A DNA stretch of 45,323 nt from a candidate division FCPU426 bacterium. Lineage in GTDB: Bacteria > Oederibacteriota > Muellerivitia > Muellerivitales > Muellerivitaceae. Below the pieces are notes generated by a model that did not search any database, was not told the origin of the DNA, and was given only the letters and a program-made list of their open reading frames with translations. The translations under genes and the position numbers were made by a program. Location: assembly GCA_963830915.1 (NCBI GenBank), contig CAWHOE010000011.1, forward strand, positions 1-45,323, given 5' to 3'. Each line of letters begins with the position of its first letter. The first letter of the stretch is position 1. This document shows, in pieces, positions 37,059 through 45,323 of this stretch.

Positions 37059-38111
37059 ATGAAAAGATTATTTTGGCATTTGTTTATTATTTGGGCGGTT
37101 TTGCCCTTGGGAGTTCTGGCTCAAGATAATAAGGCAACCGAGACCCCTGTTGGTTCAAAAGAGCCAGATGCCGCATACAAGAATTTCAAGGACGCTTATG
37201 CAGCTGGGAACCAAGCCCTAAAAGACAAAAAATGGGGAGATGCTTTCGCTGCCTATAAGGCCGCAGAAGATCTGGCTACCAGTGATATTGGGAAGGCCCA
37301 GGCCGATAACGCCCAAGGATGGGTTTTATTAAAAGAAAAGAAGTGGAAAGAAGCCAAGGAGATTCTGTCCAAAGCAGCTGAAGCCGATCCGGATAATAAA
37401 ACGGTTCAAAAAAACTTGGGTGTAGCTTGTTATCGGATGTATGAGTATGGATTTGCTGGAGTACCGGTTTTAAGAGAAGCAATCAAGGACTTGGAAATCA
37501 GCGATGATACCGAGTTTTTGGACATGGCGAAGGGAGCACAAACTAGGGAAGACAGTTACACACAAATGACCCCTGAGCCAGAACCAAATCTGGATGGTCT
37601 TAATTTCAAGGCATTGACCGCCTTGGGCGATAAGGTTCAATCTAAAGGTCAATTTGATCTTGCCTTGAAAATTTTCAAAAAGGCTGAAGATGTGGCTGTT
37701 TCTCCTGGCGCCAAGGGAGCTGCGGCAAATCGACAGGGCAAAGTCCTTATAGATGCCCGGCGCCCGAATGAGTCCATCCCTTACTTTGAAAGGGCTGTCA
37801 AATACCAACCTAATGAAAAGGTTTTTTTGAATAATTTGGGTTTTAGTTACTGGGTCCTTTATGATTCTGGAAAAGGAACTGTCTCTGACTTGAAAAAAGC
37901 GGCCGATGTTTTTTATAAAGGAAATGCTGTTGACCCGTCTTACCATGTGGATAATTTAAAAATGGCAGTGGAAGAGTTGAAAGAAGTTGATCCTGAATCC
38001 GCAAAGGCTTATACCATCAAGGAAGATAAGGGTGATGGAGCAGGGGCAGAAGACGACAATACGGTAAAAAAAGAAGATTCTGGAACCAAGACGGATCAAG
38101 ACACCAAATGA
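37059..38111 (+). CDS. Secreted TPR-repeat protein
   Basis: Signal peptide ending VLA-Q, TPR-like helices, two internally similar halves (KAAEDLA.S..GKAQADNAQG / KKAEDVA.S..AKGAAANRQG), acidic tail. Confidence 0.85.
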   Translation: MKRLFWHLFIIWAVLPLGVLAQDNKATETPVGSKEPDAAYKNFKDAYAAGNQALKDKKWGDAFAAYKAAEDLATSDIGKAQADNAQGWVLLKEKKWKEAKEILSKAAEADPDNKTVQKNLGVACYRMYEYGFAGVPVLREAIKDLEISDDTEFLDMAKGAQTREDSYTQMTPEPEPNLDGLNFKALTALGDKVQSKGQFDLALKIFKKAEDVAVSPGAKGAAANRQGKVLIDARRPNESIPYFERAVKYQPNEKVFLNNLGFSYWVLYDSGKGTVSDLKKAADVFYKGNAVDPSYHVDNLKMAVEELKEVDPESAKAYTIKEDKGDGAGAEDDNTVKKEDSGTKTDQDTK

Positions 38112-38121
38112 TTAGGCCCCA

Positions 38122-38754
38122 TTGAGTTTAAAAAACGAATTAGACAATCTTCACCAAAAGATTCGAAGCTGTTCCAAGTGTTTCCCCAAAGGGGGGAATT
38201 GTCCTGTAGCGGGCACTGGTTTGGCCAAGAAAGGTGGGCTTTTCCTGATAGGCCAGGCTCCTGGAGTCAGAGAGCCCGCAGCCCAAAAAAACTTCGCTTG
38301 GACGGCTGGTAAAAGGCTCTTCCAGTGGTTTTTGACGATCGGGATGAAAGAAGATCTGATCCGCCAGAATGCTTATATAACTGCTGTTACAAAGTGTTAT
38401 CCCGGAAAAGCTTCTCATGGCAGGGGTGATCGAAAACCAAATCCTCAAGAGGTAGCTAATTGTGGTCCCTATCTGGAGGAGGCATTGAGGATATTAGCGC
38501 CCTCCCTCATTGTTCTGATAGGAGGGTTGGCGATTGAGAGAATCTTGGGCCCGGCAAAATTTTCAGAAGTCATTGGGGAAGAGTTTAAAAAGGACCTATT
38601 GGGTGGGCCAGCCTATATTATTCCCGTTCCGCATCCTTCCGGAGCCAGTCCTTGGCCTTATCTTCCTGGAAATAAACAAAAGCTAGAAAAATCCTTTCAA
38701 TTGATCAAAAAGCGACTTCAACGTCAGGGGATTTATAAAAGTTTCATAACTTGA
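38122..38754 (+). CDS. Uracil-DNA glycosylase superfamily protein (family 4/5-like, probable Fe-S)
   Basis: CSKC, IGQAPG motif A, TKCYP, NC, PHPSG motif B. Confidence 0.88.
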   Translation: MSLKNELDNLHQKIRSCSKCFPKGGNCPVAGTGLAKKGGLFLIGQAPGVREPAAQKNFAWTAGKRLFQWFLTIGMKEDLIRQNAYITAVTKCYPGKASHGRGDRKPNPQEVANCGPYLEEALRILAPSLIVLIGGLAIERILGPAKFSEVIGEEFKKDLLGGPAYIIPVPHPSGASPWPYLPGNKQKLEKSFQLIKKRLQRQGIYKSFIT

Positions 38755-38878
38755 CCGTAAGTGTATTTATCGTTGTGGTTGTAACTTTCTTCGCTCCTTA
38801 TATAAAATAGTCCTCTTTCTTTGATCGTTCAACCCGAGGTTCAGGTCGATCGGCGGTTTTAAATTTCAGGAGGAAATT

Positions 38879-40357
38879 GTGATCCAAATTCCAGTTATTT
38901 CAAGCGCAACGCGGTTAGATCGGTCCAAGACTTGGGTCTTATTGGCCTGTGAGAACGATAAGGGATTTATCAACAACCTAGGTAAAGATGGGGAAGCGGC
39001 TCGAAAAACTATTGGAGAGGAAGGTTTTAAAGGCAAAGAAGGCCAAGCTACCATTGTTTATCCCAACTCAGGATATTTCAGCGCTAAGGCAATTGTTCTT
39101 GGTCTCGGCGAAAAAGATAATATAAGTATTGATTCCCTTAGGCGGGCGGGAGGGCGTTTGGCCAGAAAAGCTCGAGAAATTCGTTTGGAAGAGGCTGTCA
39201 TTGAATGGCCAAAAAATCTCACGGGTGAACACGCCAAGGCTTTTACCGAAGGGATGATATTAGGCTCTTATCAATTCAACCGATATAAAACCCAGACTAA
39301 AGACAACCCACTAGGTCTACAAAAACTGACCCTCAAAGTACCAACTGGTTTGCTCGTCTCCGTGAAAAAGTATACCCAAACCGCCCAGTATTATTGTGAC
39401 GGGGTGATCCTGGCCAGGGATCTTATCAACGGCGCTCCGAGCGATGTTACTCCCCGTGTATTAGCTGATACGGCTCGAAAGATAGCCAAAGGGAATATAC
39501 GGTTCAAACTTTATACAAAACATGACCTCAAAAAGATGGGCGCAGGAGGCATCCTGGGAGTCAATATCGGAAGCGCTCAGGAACCATTCCTTATTCACCT
39601 GCATTACAAACCCTCCAAGAAACCAACCAAGTCGATCGCGATCGTTGGCAAAGGGATAACTTTTGATTCGGGTGGTTTATCCCTCAAACCGGCTGGTTCA
39701 ATGGAAACAATGAAGATGGATATGTCTGGCGCTGCGGCTGTTCTTGGGGTATTTAGCCAGCTTGCGAAATTGAAGCCGGAAGTTGAAGTCCACGGCATCA
39801 TTCCAACGACTGAAAATATGCCGGGTGGAAGGGCCTATAAACCGGGCGATGTGTTAAAGGCGCTCAATGGAAAGACAATGGAAGTGCTAAATACGGATGC
39901 TGAAGGGCGCCTTATTCTTTCCGATGCTCTCTCCTACGCAGTACAACAAAAGGCTGATGAAATCATCGATCTGGCGACCTTAACAGGAGCTTGCGTTATA
40001 GCTTTGGGTTCCTTGGTCGCCGGCGCTCTTTCTAATGATGTCAAGTTATTGGATAGAGTCAAGGTGGCAACTGAGGCAGAAGGGGAACCCATTTGGGAAT
40101 TACCCCTGGTCAAGGAATATCGGGAGGACATCAAGAGTAAAGTGGCTGATATCAAGAATATCGGGGGTAGTCGGGAGGCTGGGACCATCATAGGGGGATT
40201 ATTTCTGCAGGAGTTTGTAGGTAATACCCCATGGGTCCATCTTGATATAGCTGGACCAGCCTATCTGGAAAGGGAAATACCGGCCGTTCCTTACCTAACC
40301 TTTGGTGGAACAGGGCTAATGGTGCGTAGTTTATTGACTTTTCTTCAAAATAAGTGA
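38879..40357 (+). CDS. pepA: Leucyl aminopeptidase (M17)
   Basis: VGKGITFDSGG, MKMDMSG, NTDAEGRL, DLATLTGA, WVHLDIAG; GTG start after AGGAGG. Confidence 0.96.
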   Translation: MIQIPVISSATRLDRSKTWVLLACENDKGFINNLGKDGEAARKTIGEEGFKGKEGQATIVYPNSGYFSAKAIVLGLGEKDNISIDSLRRAGGRLARKAREIRLEEAVIEWPKNLTGEHAKAFTEGMILGSYQFNRYKTQTKDNPLGLQKLTLKVPTGLLVSVKKYTQTAQYYCDGVILARDLINGAPSDVTPRVLADTARKIAKGNIRFKLYTKHDLKKMGAGGILGVNIGSAQEPFLIHLHYKPSKKPTKSIAIVGKGITFDSGGLSLKPAGSMETMKMDMSGAAAVLGVFSQLAKLKPEVEVHGIIPTTENMPGGRAYKPGDVLKALNGKTMEVLNTDAEGRLILSDALSYAVQQKADEIIDLATLTGACVIALGSLVAGALSNDVKLLDRVKVATEAEGEPIWELPLVKEYREDIKSKVADIKNIGGSREAGTIIGGLFLQEFVGNTPWVHLDIAGPAYLEREIPAVPYLTFGGTGLMVRSLLTFLQNK

Positions 40358-40463
40358 GATTGTCGGGCTGTTTGTGGCCTTAAAACGATTAAATCTTGCT
40401 TAACCCTTCCGGAACGCCTGGTTTTTAAAATGGTGTTTTCTCGTTCATTTTTTAAAGAAATTT

Positions 40464-40490
40464 TGAAACCAATACGGTTATTCGACCGTC
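40464..40490 (+). promoter_or_regulatory. Putative autoregulatory ECF-sigma promoter
   Basis: TGAAAC-N17-CGTC just upstream of the ECF sigma gene, resembling SigW/SigM-type consensus. Confidence 0.65.
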
Positions 40491-40516
40491 ATATCTGTAG
40501 GTAATCCAGGTGAAAC

Positions 40517-41065
40517 ATGACAGAGACTGAGGCGTTAGACCGTTGCCGGGCGGGAGATATTGCCGGCCTCCATGTTTTATATGAATTACATAGGACCAAG
40601 GTTTATAACCTGTCTTGGAGGATGTTGGGAACCCAGCAAGATGCTGAAGATGCCGTGCAGGAAGTGTTCATCAAGGTTTTCGATCGGGTCAAGAACTACC
40701 GGGGGGATTCGGCATTTAGTACCTGGCTTTATCGTATGACGACCAATCACTGTCTTGATATTTTGAGGCGACGTAAGATACTTTCATTCATGGGGTTCGA
40801 GAACGCCCCAGAGGTCGAGGACAAAAAAGAGGACGGTAGGGCGATGAACCTGGGCATTAGCCCGGTCATTACAACAGCACTGGAAAAGCTACCGGACAAG
40901 CAGAAAGCCTGTTTGTTGATGAGGGAGATGGAAGACCAAAGTTACGAAGATATCGCCAAGGTTCTGGGACTTTCTCTGGGATCGGTAAAATCGAACATCC
41001 ACCGAGCCAAGGCTTTTCTCAAGGAGTGGTTGGAAAAAGAAGGAGTTTCAGTCGAAGATGTGTAG
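40517..41065 (+). CDS. ECF RNA polymerase sigma factor
   Basis: DAEDAVQEVF, FSTWLYR (region 2), SYEDIAKVLG.S.GSVKS.IHRAK (region 4). Confidence 0.96.
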   Translation: MTETEALDRCRAGDIAGLHVLYELHRTKVYNLSWRMLGTQQDAEDAVQEVFIKVFDRVKNYRGDSAFSTWLYRMTTNHCLDILRRRKILSFMGFENAPEVEDKKEDGRAMNLGISPVITTALEKLPDKQKACLLMREMEDQSYEDIAKVLGLSLGSVKSNIHRAKAFLKEWLEKEGVSVEDV

Positions 41066-41089
41066 GGCTAAGGAGAATAGAGGACCGCG

Positions 41090-41530
41090 ATGAAAACTAA
41101 ATGGGAAGATCAGGACATCTCAAAAGCATTAAAGGATTTGGCCAAAGTAGGCCAGAATGGTCCTTGGGTGGATCATGTCTGGAATAAAATAGAGGACCAT
41201 ATCGTAGAATCAAAGCGTTCGTTTTTGGACCATAAGATCTGGAGACCATGGGGTCACCCAGTGCGATGGGTGGTTGCGGCCAGTTTCTTGTTCATCGCGT
41301 TTTCTGGTGTGTTCTATCATATGAACCAGCAGGATTCGATGGACAAGGCCGATATGGTTTCTTATCTTATTAACGTTTCTGAACCCACCGCGAACATCGG
41401 TAAAGAGACGAACTTCATTAAGGTATCACCCCTGATCAGCGAAGCGTCTTCCACGGACAGGGATGTTCAATTGATCGCGGATGATGACCATAGCGATACT
41501 TTCTCGGCGGATGACGCAATATTGCTTTGA
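41090..41530 (+). CDS. Putative single-TM anti-sigma factor
   Basis: Directly downstream of the ECF sigma; short cytoplasmic N-terminus (VWNKIE), one TM (WVVAASFLFIAFSGVFY), acidic periplasmic tail. Confidence 0.7.
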   Translation: MKTKWEDQDISKALKDLAKVGQNGPWVDHVWNKIEDHIVESKRSFLDHKIWRPWGHPVRWVVAASFLFIAFSGVFYHMNQQDSMDKADMVSYLINVSEPTANIGKETNFIKVSPLISEASSTDRDVQLIADDDHSDTFSADDAILL

Positions 41531-41542
41531 ATTGAGGGGTTA

Positions 41543-42019
41543 ATGAAAAAATCTATTTGGTTGTTGGTTTTCCTAGTTATAGGGTTTATTTCTTTGGCTA
41601 AAGCAAAGGCGCAATCCACGCCTACACCCGATCCGAAGGCGAAATCAACAGAAGTTAATCTAAGCCAACCGCCGCGCACACAGCTTTTATCAAAATTGAA
41701 CCTAACGGATCAACAAAAACAGGCTTTACGTAAATACCGGGCTTCTTACCGAAAAAAGATGGTCTTGTTGGATGGACAGTTAAAACTTGAAGAAGTAGAA
41801 CTTGAGAATGAATTGGAAAAACCTGAACCAGACCAAGCCAAACTGGACCTGATCACACAGAAGTACGGAGAGATTACTGGCCAAAAGATAGACGAAAAGG
41901 TAAAGGCCAAACTTGAATTAGAAAAAAAGATATTAAATCCCCAACAGGTAGATCAATTGCATGAATTGGAAGCAAAAGAGAGTACACAGTTGCCTGTGAA
42001 TACTACTCCGAAGAATTAA
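41543..42019 (+). CDS. Spy/CpxP (LTXXQ) family periplasmic protein
   Basis: Signal peptide ending AKA-Q, LNLTDQQ and ILNPQQ motifs, helical. Confidence 0.85.
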   Translation: MKKSIWLLVFLVIGFISLAKAKAQSTPTPDPKAKSTEVNLSQPPRTQLLSKLNLTDQQKQALRKYRASYRKKMVLLDGQLKLEEVELENELEKPEPDQAKLDLITQKYGEITGQKIDEKVKAKLELEKKILNPQQVDQLHELEAKESTQLPVNTTPKN

Positions 42020-42037
42020 TCGACTGAATTTTAAAAT

Positions 42038-42074
42038 AAAAAAAGTTTGAGTCGGCCGACTCAAACTTTTTTTT
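42038..42074. terminator. Bidirectional intrinsic terminator
   Basis: AAAAAAAGTTTGAGTCGG/CCGACTCAAACTTTTTTT perfect inverted repeat. Confidence 0.9.
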
Positions 42075-42255
42075 GTCCCGGACAGGATAATATATCCCTG
42101 CTTTACTAAGGTAAAACCTTAAAGCTGCACACCTATATGGATTTTGTTTGTCTATGTGCGTAATTCTTACTCAAAATATCATTAGGATATTTTTGATTTA
42201 ATGTTTCGTCTTTAAAAAAAGATTTTAGCAAATGGTCCGCAGTTCTCGTTTAACT

Positions 42256-42283
42256 TTGACAATCCAATAGAACGAAGTAAAAT
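42256..42283 (+). promoter_or_regulatory. Sigma70-type promoter, probably producing a leaderless mRNA
   Basis: TTGACA-N16-TAAAAT; 6 nt separate the -10 from the ATG at 42290; no SD. Confidence 0.65.
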
Positions 42284-42289
42284 TTAGAT

Positions 42290-42850
42290 ATGAATCTTTT
42301 GACCCAACTTGCCAGCCCTTTCGCTAATTTCTTGAAAAAGCTATTGAATCGGATAGAGTTCAAGAAATTTAAAGATGCGGTTCGACGTAACCCGAATGAC
42401 CAATTATTAAGAGTTCGCTTTGCCAAGTACTGCTTGAACCATTATTTCAGTAATAAATACACTTCAAACATCCATGTGGTTGAGGCCGTCAATCAGTTCG
42501 AGAACATTGACCACTCGGATATCCTAGACCTGGAAGTTTTTTATCTTATGGGAAAGTACTATCAAGGGCAGGACAATAAAAAGGCCATTGATATCTACCA
42601 AAAAGGTATTAAACGCTATAACGAATTCATTAACCAAAATGCGGAGTTGAGGCACGATTATGTTGAAATGGCTTTTTCCATCGCGTTGAATCTTTTACAC
42701 CTAGAGTCGAATCATGCAGACCCGGAATTGGAGAAATTCTTCAAATCAATCCGGCGTACATATTTAAAACGATTCTTTGAAGACCGTATGGAGTTCAAAC
42801 CTCAAATTTTGGACGGCTCCCACGGAGAAGTGAGGCCGATAACGAACTGA
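42290..42850 (+). CDS. Hypothetical helical protein (possibly TPR-like)
   Basis: 186-aa ORF with its own promoter and terminator; VFYLMGKYY...KAIDIYQKG resembles a TPR. Confidence 0.75.
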   Translation: MNLLTQLASPFANFLKKLLNRIEFKKFKDAVRRNPNDQLLRVRFAKYCLNHYFSNKYTSNIHVVEAVNQFENIDHSDILDLEVFYLMGKYYQGQDNKKAIDIYQKGIKRYNEFINQNAELRHDYVEMAFSIALNLLHLESNHADPELEKFFKSIRRTYLKRFFEDRMEFKPQILDGSHGEVRPITN

Positions 42851-42865
42851 ACGGAAAAAGGCAAT

Positions 42866-42898
42866 AAAAAAGGCCCTGGGATTACCAGGGCCTTTTTT
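42866..42898. terminator. Bidirectional intrinsic terminator between convergent genes
   Basis: AAAAAAGGCCCTGG-gatta-CCAGGGCCTTTTTT. Confidence 0.92.
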
Positions 42899-42911
42899 GT
42901 TTTAAAGTATT

Positions 42912-43508
42912 TCAAACGTTCGTGGAAACACTAACCCCTATTTTGTACATTGCCCAAGCCATACCAAAAGCGACAGCCAATATCCCGATGGCCCAATAAA
43001 TACTGAAAAAGGGAAAATGAGGGCCAGCAAGCATGCAAAAAATAAGAGGAAATGACAGATAGGTATTCAGTTTGGAGGCATTCGCCGCCAGACTTACGAC
43101 GTTCGGAGGCGCGGGATTAGCGGTTTTGAGGCCGTTTATGATCTTTTTCTGGCTAGGCCAGATGATGAACCAAACGTTGAACCACATAATGGTCCCGAAG
43201 CCGATCCCGATCATGATCCAGAAGCCCGGAGGACTCATTAGACTACGTGTGTGTCCTGGTTGAAGATAAACAAAATAAAGTAAAACCAAGCCCAATAAGA
43301 AAGTGATCATAGCTCCCCAACGGAAAAAGAAAAGGGCCCGAGGCATCAATTCAAGAACGACTTTTTTCTTGGTTTCCGCGTCCAAAGTCTTTTGAAAATT
43401 ACCATTCACGAAATTAAAGAAATAAAGGTGACCGATCCAAACGATACCCGCCAAAACATGTAACCAACGGGTAACGAATTCAGCGAGGTACAAACCACTA
43501 ATATCCAT
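42912..43508 (-). CDS. PuuD-like (urate hydroxylase N-terminal domain) membrane protein, without cytochrome c domain
   Basis: RWLHVLAGIVWIGHLYFFNF, FRWGAM.T, GTIMWFNVWFIIWPSQKKI, ASKLNTYLS.P..F.M...H; GGGGGG precedes the ATG at 43508. Confidence 0.8.
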   Translation of the reverse strand: MDISGLYLAEFVTRWLHVLAGIVWIGHLYFFNFVNGNFQKTLDAETKKKVVLELMPRALFFFRWGAMITFLLGLVLLYFVYLQPGHTRSLMSPPGFWIMIGIGFGTIMWFNVWFIIWPSQKKIINGLKTANPAPPNVVSLAANASKLNTYLSFPLIFCMLAGPHFPFFSIYWAIGILAVAFGMAWAMYKIGVSVSTNV

Positions 43509-43546
43509 GAATCCCCCCTGGAAGAATAATCTGAAAAACAACGCTT

Positions 43547-43575
43547 ACGGTATTCATCGTCCAAAGGAAAGTCAA
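43547..43575 (-). promoter_or_regulatory. Sigma70-type promoter for the PuuD-like gene
   Basis: TTGACT-N17-TACCGT on the minus strand. Confidence 0.5.
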
Positions 43576-43791
43576 GGGAAGGCAAGTTTTAAGTACAGGC
43601 GGGTGAATCGAATTCATCTCGAGGATAAAGCGGTCTTTCTCAGGAACAATGACATTTGAGCGATTTTAGAATTGCCTGCAAAAAGAAAAAAAGCTCGTTT
43701 ATTTTAGTTTTGATTCCCTGGGTTTTTTTGTGCATGATGTTTGCTTAGTTTAAGTTAAGAATGAAGATATGAGGGGTCTTGAAGGAAATTC

Positions 43792-44641
43792 ATGAACGAA
43801 TGTGAACAATTACATCCCCTGCTTCGGGGCTATATAGATAACAAACTTTCCGGGAGGGAAAGAAAGACTAGTGGCACGACATTTGAACCTTTGCGCTAGT
43901 GCCCGAAAGGAATTGGACCGCCTTAGGAGTGGAGTTAAACCATCGGCCATCGTCGATGATTCCATGAGCGTTCCCTGGGACCAAAGACTTCTCAACTGGA
44001 TGTTTCGTGCTCCGATTGATAAAAAAAGTTCACCTCCTCCAGTTCCAAAGAAATCCAGGGGTTCCAAAACACAGGCTTTAAATATCGTTCCCGCTAAATC
44101 CCGCTCCTCAAAACATTACATTGTCTGGATCGCTTTATTCTTTATCGCCACCATCCTGGTGACGCACTTGGTTCAAAATGGCGCTAAATATCAAGTGGTC
44201 AAAGATACCCAACGTTGGCTATCGAAAAAAGGTTTCCATATTTTGGGGGCAACGCCAACCCTGGATATGGTTCTTGATATCACAAACTTACCCCACTGGG
44301 AGGGAACCGACGCCCCAGTGGCCTTTTCATATGGCGATGTCATTCAGGACGCTATGCGTTTCCGGATCTATTGGATGTTCTTGCAATCCAAAATGCCATT
44401 GCCACCGGTAGATTTCACCAAGGATGAATTGGTCATTCAATTCTTGGGACAAAAAAACTCCGGCGAATTCCAGGCTAAATTCAAACGCTTGGAGACTTAT
44501 AGCGATAGGTCGGTCGTTCTTTATGACGAGACGTTCTCGAGCGAAAATCGGGGAAAGCCGCTGACTGGAAATAGACCTTGGACCATTCAGTTGATCCCCA
44601 AACCAACTTCCGATCCAGTCGTCATTCAAAAAATACCCTGA
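43792..44641 (+). CDS. zf-HC2 anti-sigma-like protein with TM helix and C-terminal PrcB_C-like domain, interrupted by a 1-nt insertion near 43858-43866
   Basis: ATG at 43792 (after GAAGGA) gives MNECEQLHPLLRGYIDNKLSGRER. The +1 frame continues RLVARHLNLCASARKEL. TM IVWIALFFIATILV. PPVDFTKDELVIQFLGQKNSGEF resembles PrcB_C. Confidence 0.75.
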
Positions 44642-44716
44642 CCATTTTTCATCCCAGAGTTTCTTGCTGAAGGCTTCGGCTCAAAAAAGTTTTCCAACAA
44701 ATAAAAGGAGTGTCCT

Positions 44717-45323
44717 TTGAAGATCGGTATTGTCGGTTTGCCCAATGTAGGAAAATCAACTTTTTTTAACGCTATTACCAAATCCAAAGCACCGGCGGAA
44801 AACTATCCTTTTTGTACCATTGATCCCAATATCGGAGTTGTGACCGTTCCCGATGATCGCATTGACAAGTTGGCTGTCATGGAAAAAAGCGATAAAAGGG
44901 TACCGGCCATTGTTGAATTCGTGGATATAGCCGGTTTGGTCAAGGGCGCCAGTCAAGGAGAAGGGTTAGGCAACAAGTTCCTTTCCCATATTCGGGAAGT
45001 GGACGCTATCGCGATGGTGGTACGTTGTTTTGAGGATTCCAACATCATCCATGTGGAAGGTTCCATCGATCCCATCCGGGACATCGAGATCATCCTAACC
45101 GAGCTTTGCCTGGCTGACCTAGAAACGGTCGACAAAAGACTCGTGAAGACCGACAAAGGTAAAAAAGCGGGGGACAAAGAAGCTATCGCCGAATACGATC
45201 TTTTTCATTCCGTGAAAAAAGTTCTGGAAGAAGGGAAACCGGCCATCTCTATTCCCGCGACCCCGGAGCAAGAAAAAAAACTAAAGGAACTCAGTCTTTT
45301 AACCAGGAAATCCTTTCTTTTTA
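44717..45323 (+). CDS. ychF: Redox-regulated ATPase YchF (3' end outside the window)
   Basis: TTG start after [21 protein letters not shown]...[10 protein letters not shown]...[21 protein letters not shown]. Missing from the ORF track, probably because it has no stop codon in the window. Confidence 0.97.
   Translation, partial: MKIGIVGLPNVGKSTFFNAITKSKAPAENYPFCTIDPNIGVVTVPDDRIDKLAVMEKSDKRVPAIVEFVDIAGLVKGASQGEGLGNKFLSHIREVDAIAMVVRCFEDSNIIHVEGSIDPIRDIEIILTELCLADLETVDKRLVKTDKGKKAGDKEAIAEYDLFHSVKKVLEEGKPAISIPATPEQEKKLKELSLLTRKSFLF

Noticed and set aside
38122..38754. UDG-family gene as part of an anti-phage defence system
   Set aside because: The neighbours are a TPR protein and pepA, with no defence-associated genes; ordinary repair is the simpler explanation.
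299..45177. Numerous other 60-190 aa alternative-frame and antisense ORFs in the track
   Set aside because: They overlap confidently identified genes and show no recognisable motifs or RBS.

Overview
A 45-kb bacterial chromosomal segment, probably from a diderm. It is mostly housekeeping genes: ileS-lspA-lspA-lgt-rluD, rnj, trxB, glpD, tRNA-Leu(TAG)-tig-clpP-clpX, class V aminotransferase-serA, pepA and a partial ychF. Unusual envelope and signalling genes are interspersed. The most notable are: (1) a 5'-truncated diguanylate cyclase with an RsbRD_N-like N-terminus and a C-terminal AMPK-beta-type CBM48 glycogen-binding domain; (2) a 1677-aa secreted protein with an N-terminal bacterial expansin, a ~420-aa Thr/Pro/Asn stalk, a DUF11-like domain, two FlgD-Ig-like domains and a T9SS-type-A-like C-terminal sorting domain; (3) tandem lspA paralogues; (4) recurrent Pro-Thr tracts on exported proteins, plus a flippase-oxidoreductase-GT2 operon, hinting at general protein O-glycosylation; (5) a beta-barrel/PilZ/orphan-MCP cluster; (6) an ECF sigma-anti-sigma-Spy/CpxP module with an autoregulatory promoter. 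Two genes are split by single-base frameshifts in short A-runs, which may be sequencing errors. There are candidate leaderless genes and candidate structured non-coding RNAs. No CRISPR array, rRNA, transposase, integrase or prophage gene was seen. All domain calls come from motif recognition by eye, not database searches.
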